In this document: positions 57,894 through 64,000 of the stretch, piece by piece
Layout: each line of letters opens with the position of its first letter
Position numbering within the stretch: the first letter of the stretch is position 1
Assembly: GCF_022448665.1 (NCBI RefSeq)
Contig: NZ_JAKUUO010000004.1
Origin: Candidatus Thalassarchaeum betae
GTDB lineage: Archaea; Thermoplasmatota; Poseidoniia; Poseidoniales; Thalassarchaeaceae
Reading direction: 5' to 3' (one strand)
Length of the DNA: 64,000 nucleotides
Made by a program: the position numbers and the translations under genes
Notes under the pieces: model-generated
Databases searched by the model: none
Told to the model about the DNA's origin: nothing
What the model saw: only the letters and a program-made list of their open reading frames with translations

Positions 57894-59696
57894 GTGTGCG
57901 GAATAGCAGGTATGCTAGGGCATGCCGACCAGACCACGGCGTCATCGATGTCATCGTGCTTGAGCCATCGTGGTCCCGACGGTTCGGGTGGCTTCTACGA
58001 GCAGTTCGAGGGCGGCGGCGTGGCGTTCGGTCACGCTAGACTCTCCATCGTCGATATCGCAGGCTCTCCCCAGCCGATAGGCTCTGATCACGGTGCGGTC
58101 CTCATACAGAACGGAGAGATTTACAACCAAGTGGAACTCCGTTCACAGAACGCGGGCTACCCTTGGAGGACCTCCGGCGACAGTGAGGCCATACTGGCCA
58201 TGCACCGCTCAGCAACAAGAACTCTAGGTGACTCTCCCGATAACCCCGCCGAGGCCCACGTCGAGTGGCTCTCGCAACTAGATGGAATCTGGGGTTTCTC
58301 ACTGTGGGACCCCTCTCGGCGTGAGTTGATCCTTAGCAGAGACCCCATGGGAGTCAAGCCGCTAGTGCGCACCTTACTGCCTGATGGCACACTCCTCTTT
58401 GCCTCAGAGGTCAAGGCTTTCAGAGCTCATCCGGACTTCAGGGCTGAGCCTGATGTTGACGCTCTCGCGGTCCGACTGGCATATGAGTACCCTCTAGACA
58501 GGACGACGCTATTCAAGGGCGTCACGCAAGTTTCTCAGGGTACGATCGAAACGTGGTCTCTCGATGCACAGGGCCAGGCGTCTCTCACTGGAGTCGCCCG
58601 ATATTCTCGGGACATCATCGCTCCGGAGAAGGAATGGGATCCAGCGAGTCAGGCATTGACGCTTCTGGATAGCTTCCGCTCTGGACTCGAGGACCGTCTG
58701 ATGTCGGACGTGCCTGTGGGAATAGTCCTTTCAGGGGGGCTGGATTCTAGCATGGTCGCTGCTCTGGCTCATCAGGCGGCAGAGAGCACCGGAAAACCGG
58801 TTCCGGGATGCTGGACTGTGGCCGGCAGCGAGGACAACCCTGACTTCAGGGCCGCCGAACTGGTCGCCCAGCACCATGAGCTAAACCATCATACTAGGAT
58901 AATTCCTGAGGATGCCTTTTGGACGGATTTGCCGCAATTCACGTGGTTCGGCGAGGACCTCGATATCACCGTGCTATTCTGGCAGACCCTATTCGAGGAG
59001 ATGTCCCAGCATGTCTCAGTAGGCCTTTGCGGGCAGGGCGCGGACGAGTTGCACGCAGGATACTCCCGCTATCGTAATCTGGCAGGTCATGCCAGATTGA
59101 TAACAGACAGGCTCTCATTGGCTCGAGGTCTAGATCCATCAAAGTTTGAGCACGGGCCCGGTCAGCCTTGGGAGGACACCGCCATCACCCCGCACTCTCA
59201 TTTCGTGGACCTAACCTCGGCCTTGCAGTTCGAAATCGATCGGGGGCAACTCTCGAACTTCCAACTCAGGCTAGCAGACAGACACAGCATGGCCCATGGG
59301 CTCGAAGTCCGAGTACCGTTCCTGAGCTCGCAGCACAGGGCCGAGTCCAACAGGCTGCCGATGGACTGGAAACTATCCGCGGATTCGGAGAAGATGGCGC
59401 TGCGCGAGGCCGCGGCACTCACCAATCTCCCTGAAGAGATAGTCCAACGACCCAAATTGCCGGCGGGAACCGCGACAGCACCCGCGCTCGTAGGCTCTCT
59501 GATAGACGAGTTGACCCCCCATGCCCTTGAGTGGGCGAACGACTACGGCAGACTCTCCGATCAACTAAGGGACCAGCCTGAAATGGCAATAGGGATGCGG
59601 CTGTTCCACGCCATCCACTTCACCGACGACCCGCAGTCGAGAGCGACGAAACCTCTGATGGAACTTCTGGAGGACGTCGGTGACTGGCCTGCTTGA
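57894..59696 (+). CDS. asnB: Asparagine synthase (glutamine-hydrolysing)
   Basis: N-terminal nucleophile (GTG)-CGIAGMLGH, so Cys must be residue 2 and the GTG at 57894 is the start. PP-loop SGGLDSSMVAAL. Confidence 0.85.
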   Translation: MCGIAGMLGHADQTTASSMSSCLSHRGPDGSGGFYEQFEGGGVAFGHARLSIVDIAGSPQPIGSDHGAVLIQNGEIYNQVELRSQNAGYPWRTSGDSEAILAMHRSATRTLGDSPDNPAEAHVEWLSQLDGIWGFSLWDPSRRELILSRDPMGVKPLVRTLLPDGTLLFASEVKAFRAHPDFRAEPDVDALAVRLAYEYPLDRTTLFKGVTQVSQGTIETWSLDAQGQASLTGVARYSRDIIAPEKEWDPASQALTLLDSFRSGLEDRLMSDVPVGIVLSGGLDSSMVAALAHQAAESTGKPVPGCWTVAGSEDNPDFRAAELVAQHHELNHHTRIIPEDAFWTDLPQFTWFGEDLDITVLFWQTLFEEMSQHVSVGLCGQGADELHAGYSRYRNLAGHARLITDRLSLARGLDPSKFEHGPGQPWEDTAITPHSHFVDLTSALQFEIDRGQLSNFQLRLADRHSMAHGLEVRVPFLSSQHRAESNRLPMDWKLSADSEKMALREAAALTNLPEEIVQRPKLPAGTATAPALVGSLIDELTPHALEWANDYGRLSDQLRDQPEMAIGMRLFHAIHFTDDPQSRATKPLMELLEDVGDWPA

Positions 59697-60197
59697 CTAC
59701 CTGATCAGCCGCTGCTCGGAATCGAATCTGTTACCTTCGTGGCAGAGCAGCCACATCTTGCTGGTTCTTCCCTCACAGCCGCTGTAGTTGCCCACTCTGC
59801 CATCGCTGCGTACGACCCGGTGGCATGGTACCAGCAGGGCCCACGGGTTGCCTGCCATCACCGAGCCGACAGCTCTGCTGGCACCGCTCGAGCCGGATGC
59901 GGATGCCAAACCCCCGTACGAGACAACCCCTCCGAATGGGGCGACTTCGGATAGGGTTCCGAGTACCTTGTCCTGGAATGCAGTGAGTCCGGAGCGATCA
60001 AGTTCTGGAGGAGGGGCAGAACGGTGTTCGAAGAATGCCCTGACCCACACCTCCGTGTCTTCGATGTGATTCTGTCCGGTCGTGTAATCGTTCTCCCGGG
60101 CATCGCTCCAGCCGAGGCTGGTCAGCCCCCTTTCACTTGCGACTGCCACCATTTTTCCGAGGGGGGTTTCAATCGCCCTGATTGAATGCACGTTCAC
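59697..60197 (-). CDS. ogt: Methylated-DNA--protein-cysteine methyltransferase (Ogt/MGMT)
   Basis: Active-site LLVPCHRVVRSDGRVGNYSG (PCHR). Confidence 0.85.
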   Translation of the reverse strand: MNVHSIRAIETPLGKMVAVASERGLTSLGWSDARENDYTTGQNHIEDTEVWVRAFFEHRSAPPPELDRSGLTAFQDKVLGTLSEVAPFGGVVSYGGLASASGSSGASRAVGSVMAGNPWALLVPCHRVVRSDGRVGNYSGCEGRTSKMWLLCHEGNRFDSEQRLIR

Positions 60198-60508
60198 TGC
60201 TGCTCTTCAGGGTTCATAGGTGATTCGGAGGGATGGTCTTCTGTATGTTCTTCGATATCCTCCATACCAACTATCTCGTAGTTGGAGGGGAACAAGGCAA
60301 CGACCACGCCGGCGACGATACAGGCGAGTCCGAGCCAGAACGATTGTTGGACCACCATCAGCTCAAGTCCGATGACGAACAGCACTAAGCCACCTAGGTT
60401 CGACACCCATACTAGTGTCTTGAACGTTGAAAGGGAGACTCCGCTGGACCGCTCGGTCCTCTTCGGCCCGAACTCGGCGCCAAACCTGATGGGTTCCTCT
60501 TCCTCCAT
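60194..60508 (-). CDS. Small hypothetical membrane protein (2 TM helices)
   Basis: LVLFVIGLELMVVQQSFWLGLACIVAGVVVALF. Start overlaps ogt by 4 nt on the same strand. Confidence 0.45.
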   Translation of the reverse strand: MEEEEPIRFGAEFGPKRTERSSGVSLSTFKTLVWVSNLGGLVLFVIGLELMVVQQSFWLGLACIVAGVVVALFPSNYEIVGMEDIEEHTEDHPSESPMNPEEQQ

Positions 60509-60516
60509 GGTACCGC

Positions 60517-60849
60517 CTACCTGTCAATCATGATTATCGCATCGGTGGGACACCCTAGGGCGCATAGCCTGCAACCGGTGCACTCGTCGCGGAGTATCTT
60601 CGCCTTCCTGTTCACCTCGACATCCATGATGGGGCTAGCCATCGGAGTGTCGTAGAGTTCGATGGCGTCGTCGTCACACACTATTGTGCATTGGTCACAA
60701 CCTATGCACAATTCCTCTTTGACCCATGCAACAGCATCTTCCCCTCCTTTGAGTTTAGCCTCCTCTTCGGCGCGCATTGCATTGAGGAGCTTCCTGATGC
60801 GGCTCTGCTCAGCCGCGCGCCGTGCAAGCAGGTCGGGTATCTCCGTCAC
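60517..60849 (-). CDS. 2x[4Fe-4S] ferredoxin with a roughly 45-aa charged N-terminal extension
   Basis: CIGCDQCTIVCDDDAI and CTGCRLCALGCPTDAI. Confidence 0.75.
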   Translation of the reverse strand: MTEIPDLLARRAAEQSRIRKLLNAMRAEEEAKLKGGEDAVAWVKEELCIGCDQCTIVCDDDAIELYDTPMASPIMDVEVNRKAKILRDECTGCRLCALGCPTDAIIMIDR

Positions 60850-60955
60850 GATTCACACCAAGGCTAACCCATTCTCAATGTATGCTTCCTGCCGCCACTT
60901 AGGACAAGCTGTCATGGAGTGCTAGCGGGAGTGTCTGCTTACTACGCGTTCGTAG

Positions 60956-63739
60956 CTACCGCCTAGAATTCACTTGGCGGGCGAGGAAGCTGACAACGTC
61001 GAGAATCTCGAAATCGTGCCGAGGATCGCCCTCGAACTTCAGGCATTCGAAGTGTGCAACGCACTTCGGGCAGGTAGTAAGCATGATGTCGGCACCAGTA
61101 GCATTTACTTCGTCGAAACGCTGCAGACGCAGGGCCCTGCTGTTCTCGTTGCAGGCCATCATACTGGAGACCCCACAGCACAACGCGTCCTCGCCATGGT
61201 GCTCCATCTCGACCAGATCGACGCCGTCGACAGCCCGCACGAGGTCGCGTGGCTTGTCGTAGAGGTTCATCTGCCTACCGAGCCTGCAGGGATCGTGATA
61301 GGTCACGGTGACATCGTCATCGGTCGCTAGTTCCATGTCGAACCCCTTCTCGACAAGATACTCGGTAGTGTGCATGACCTTCATGTCGTCCAATTCGTAA
61401 TCCAGAGCGAAGGTACGGAAGCACTCGGCACAGGAGGTAACGAGAGTGTCTATACCGCTGTCTCCAAGCTTCTTCTGGTTGTACGCCTTGAGTTTCTCGA
61501 ATACCTCGGACAGTCCTTGCCACTTCTGGTCGTGGCCGCAGCACTTGAGGAAGTCACGGCCGAGGTAGGTGACATCCTCGTTCATCTCCTCGAACAGGGT
61601 GAAGGCCGCGGTCGTGGTCTCGCCGAGGTCCATCGTGCCCTCGTTGACATGGCTGAAGATCATCTCTTGGTCAATGTAGTCGACGCAACCCGGGTAGTAC
61701 CCGACGTTGGAGTCTAGAGGGTAGTCCTCAACTGAGATGAATGCCTCGTCGGCATCCTCCTCTGCCTCGGCCGCGAGAAGAGCCTGTAGCAGGGTGTGAG
61801 GTATCTCCGCAGCGGGCGGGCCACCGACGATTAGGTTGCGTCGGATGTCGATGTACGAGTCGTAGTCGACCAACTGCGGGCAGGCGTTGGTGCAGGCGGT
61901 GCAAGTCAGACAGGAGTACAGAGGGACACCGTCATCCTCGTTGTTCCAAGTGTTGTAGATGATATTCAGCTTGTCTCCAGCGGTGAACAGGCGGACCGGG
62001 CAGGCATCATCGCACAAGTCGCATCCGTAGCACTTGTTCATCTCCCACTCGTAACCTCGAGCCATGCTCCGCATGACTAGGAAGACGATAGCGCCTACTC
62101 CGAGGCACGGTATGAAAAGCGTGTAGATGAGTTTGGCATCCAATGTTTTCGGGTTTTTGTGATAAGTTGGATTCTCGACCGAGAGCACCACCAACTCCTC
62201 TAGGCTCAGACTGGATTCCGAGCGAGTCAATGCAGTGCCGTCCTCAGCCAGCATAAGTGGCTGGTACGCAACAGCAGAGAAGTCCGCGATCATTGAAACA
62301 GAGTCGTCAGCACCATCCGATGAGGATGAGAAACTCACAGTGTAACTGGCACCCGATGGCAGGTATAGGGTGGTGGATTGGCAAACACCACCCTCATTCT
62401 GCCACAGTATGCTGCCTGAGGAGTCGGTGAGTGAGATGCTCTGCGTGTGAGTGCCTGCCCCCCTAACCGTGGTTCTGAAGTTGCACCACACATCCGCAGG
62501 GACACTTGAGACACCTAGGTCCTCTACCTCAAAAGTTCTGCTCTCGCCGACCGTCAACAAAGAACCATCAGCGTTTCCAACATAGGTGATTTCCATTCCC
62601 CCGTAATTCCTTCCGGTTTCGGAATCAGCGTGTCCATTATCACCAGCGAAGTCAATCAGGACGGTTCGCGTAGGCTGGTAGATCCCCCAATTCACCCAAT
62701 TCGCAGCAGCTATCAGGCACCAGTCATCCGTATCCTCGTCATTACCCAAATCATCCCACGCGGCTTGCCCCATCGTCTCGGAGTATGGTAGGCAATCGTC
62801 CTCCCATTCTGCCCAGACATTTCCTTTGCCTTGGTGCACGAGGGTGTCCGAGGGTTGTCCCCTCATGGCATCCAATTGAGAGACGTCATCCATCGCGCCT
62901 AGTCCGCCGTAGTCCCAGAAACCGTCGTCGTAGATAGGCCACGTGACCACAGAAATCAGAACCGCAGCAATCAAGGAACCAATCGCAATCTGCCTTCCCA
63001 TAACGGGATTGAGCCTCGCCCCAATGGAATTGAGGGTGAACCACCTCACGCCGAAGTAGATGACGGCGAAGACGAAGATGCCAGTCAGCACCCAGGGTAT
63101 GGCGTTGAACACCTCTGCCGTCCATGGGGCCTGCCTCCCGCAGAACAGAGCGCTGTGTGAATTGATCCAGCAGTAGTTGCTCAGGTCCTTGGAGTACAGT
63201 TCGAGGAAGATGTTGATCGAGAACACCGAGATGAACCAGACGTGGGCCAGATAGACCGCGCCCGCGGTGGCGAACCACGGATCCTCGACACCACGCTTCT
63301 CTCTCCCCCCGAGGAACGGGGGCAGAGCGAGAATGCCTACGGGGAAACCGGTCAGGAAGGCGCCCCACCAACCGGCGTTCCATGCTATCACGGGCGTACC
63401 GAAGAAGGCCCCTATGGGTCCAGCTGGAATCACGTACTGAGGGAGATACTCCCCCCATCTCAGGTACCCATAGGAGAACAGCACGTACCAGTCAGGGAAG
63501 ACGAAGCCCGCTTGGGCGAACGGATCTGCTGCGCTGTGCAGCGGAGGGGGGATTATCCACGAGTAGAACGCGATGACTGCCATCATCGCAGCCAGTATGA
63601 TACTGTCACGAAGCACCTCAGTGGGCCAGAAGGAGTGCCCGACGAACACCCTTTTCCTTTCTTCGTCGGCCTCGAGCAACTGGTCCCTCTCGCTGATGTA
63701 GGTGTCAGCAATCCTCCCGAACTTGTCTATCATCCCCAT
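60956..63739 (-). CDS. Fusion protein (927 aa). Cytochrome b C-terminal half (subunit-IV-like), extra TM helices, a roughly 270-aa Cys-containing soluble domain, a TM helix, then an HdrD/GlpC-like module (2x CxxCxxCxxxCP and 2x CCG domains).
   Basis: ..PFAQAGFVFPDWYVLFSYGYLRWGEYLP (the PEWY-type motif). CYGCDLCDDACP and CLTCTACTNACP. CCG domains ..YYPGC..FLKCCGHD..TSCAECF and ..YHDPC..ALCCGVSS..TTCPKCV. Confidence 0.7.
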   Translation of the reverse strand: MGMIDKFGRIADTYISERDQLLEADEERKRVFVGHSFWPTEVLRDSIILAAMMAVIAFYSWIIPPPLHSAADPFAQAGFVFPDWYVLFSYGYLRWGEYLPQYVIPAGPIGAFFGTPVIAWNAGWWGAFLTGFPVGILALPPFLGGREKRGVEDPWFATAGAVYLAHVWFISVFSINIFLELYSKDLSNYCWINSHSALFCGRQAPWTAEVFNAIPWVLTGIFVFAVIYFGVRWFTLNSIGARLNPVMGRQIAIGSLIAAVLISVVTWPIYDDGFWDYGGLGAMDDVSQLDAMRGQPSDTLVHQGKGNVWAEWEDDCLPYSETMGQAAWDDLGNDEDTDDWCLIAAANWVNWGIYQPTRTVLIDFAGDNGHADSETGRNYGGMEITYVGNADGSLLTVGESRTFEVEDLGVSSVPADVWCNFRTTVRGAGTHTQSISLTDSSGSILWQNEGGVCQSTTLYLPSGASYTVSFSSSSDGADDSVSMIADFSAVAYQPLMLAEDGTALTRSESSLSLEELVVLSVENPTYHKNPKTLDAKLIYTLFIPCLGVGAIVFLVMRSMARGYEWEMNKCYGCDLCDDACPVRLFTAGDKLNIIYNTWNNEDDGVPLYSCLTCTACTNACPQLVDYDSYIDIRRNLIVGGPPAAEIPHTLLQALLAAEAEEDADEAFISVEDYPLDSNVGYYPGCVDYIDQEMIFSHVNEGTMDLGETTTAAFTLFEEMNEDVTYLGRDFLKCCGHDQKWQGLSEVFEKLKAYNQKKLGDSGIDTLVTSCAECFRTFALDYELDDMKVMHTTEYLVEKGFDMELATDDDVTVTYHDPCRLGRQMNLYDKPRDLVRAVDGVDLVEMEHHGEDALCCGVSSMMACNENSRALRLQRFDEVNATGADIMLTTCPKCVAHFECLKFEGDPRHDFEILDVVSFLARQVNSRR

Positions 63740-63751
63740 CTCATTACCTCC

Positions 63752-64000
63752 TCAATGCGGCTCCGCTATGCCCTGAACCCAGACTATGAACAGATGGGCG
63801 AGAATCAGCGCGGTCACAATCACAGGCAGGATGAACACGTGAAGGAAGTACATTCTGACGACGGTCTGTGCAGACAGGGTCGTGCCGGCGAACAGGGCTT
63901 TGGCCACCCAACTCCCAATCAACGGAGTCGAGTTGGCCATGTTGATGCCAATGGTAGCCGCGCCGAATGCGAGACTGTCCCAAGGCAGCAGGTAACCCGA
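63752..64000 (-). CDS. Cytochrome b, N-terminal (b6-like) heme-binding half. 5'-partial: it runs off the window end.
   Basis: The reverse frame is open to nt 64000: ..SGYLLPWDSLAFGAATIGINMANSTPLIGSWV..VRMYFLHVFILPVIVTALILAHLFIVW matches cyt b helices C-D (LPWGQMSFWGATVITN.. / RFFAFHFILPF..HLLFLH). Stop lies 13 nt before the next gene. Confidence 0.75.
   Translation of the reverse strand, partial: SGYLLPWDSLAFGAATIGINMANSTPLIGSWVAKALFAGTTLSAQTVVRMYFLHVFILPVIVTALILAHLFIVWVQGIAEPH

Overview
This is a GC-rich archaeal chromosomal segment in which nearly every codon ends in G or C. I infer a Thermoplasmatota-type genome, most consistent with a Marine Group II / Poseidoniales-like archaeon. I cannot confirm that from sequence alone.

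The RNA genes are a 23S and a 5S rRNA on the + strand at about 48.0-51.15 kb. No 16S gene and no tRNA genes are present. A perfect 12-bp complementarity flanks the 23S gene and looks like a processing stem.

Many archaeal-type housekeeping genes are present, all called from conserved motifs:
- translation and RNA processing: aIF6, ribosomal protein S15P/S13e, class I GluRS, PheRS beta subunit, the Rpp21 RNase P protein, a YhbY/CRM-domain protein and ArcS;
- central metabolism: type II GAPDH, adenylate kinase, threonine synthase, AsnB and a methylmalonyl-CoA module (BCCP, carboxyltransferase, B12-binding mutase subunit, MeaB);
- others: RNase HII, DnaJ and Ogt.

These are interleaved with at least seven very large secreted or membrane-anchored proteins. 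They include two subtilisin (S8) peptidases, a right-handed beta-helix protein and an 1906-aa protein carrying about 18 thrombospondin-type-3 calcium-binding repeats.

I found no CRISPR array and no integrase, transposase or other obvious mobile element.

The most unusual loci are:
- a split cytochrome b whose C-terminal half is fused to a large ectodomain and an HdrD/GlpC-type CCG iron-sulfur module, with a ferredoxin just downstream (60.5-64.0 kb);
- an N-terminal winged-helix / Arch_ATPase (STAND-like) / TPR protein that converges on a metallo-beta-lactamase-fold hydrolase (8.4-11.7 kb);
- a pyroglutamyl-peptidase/NUDIX fusion (18.5-19.6 kb);
- a zinc-ribbon protein with four xFGL[ED] repeats immediately upstream of the 23S rRNA gene;
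- similar Trp-containing acidic cytoplasmic tails on independent giant surface proteins;
- a circularly permuted glutamate-synthase-like protein.

All coordinates and functions come from reading the sequence and the supplied six-frame translations. No database searches were run.
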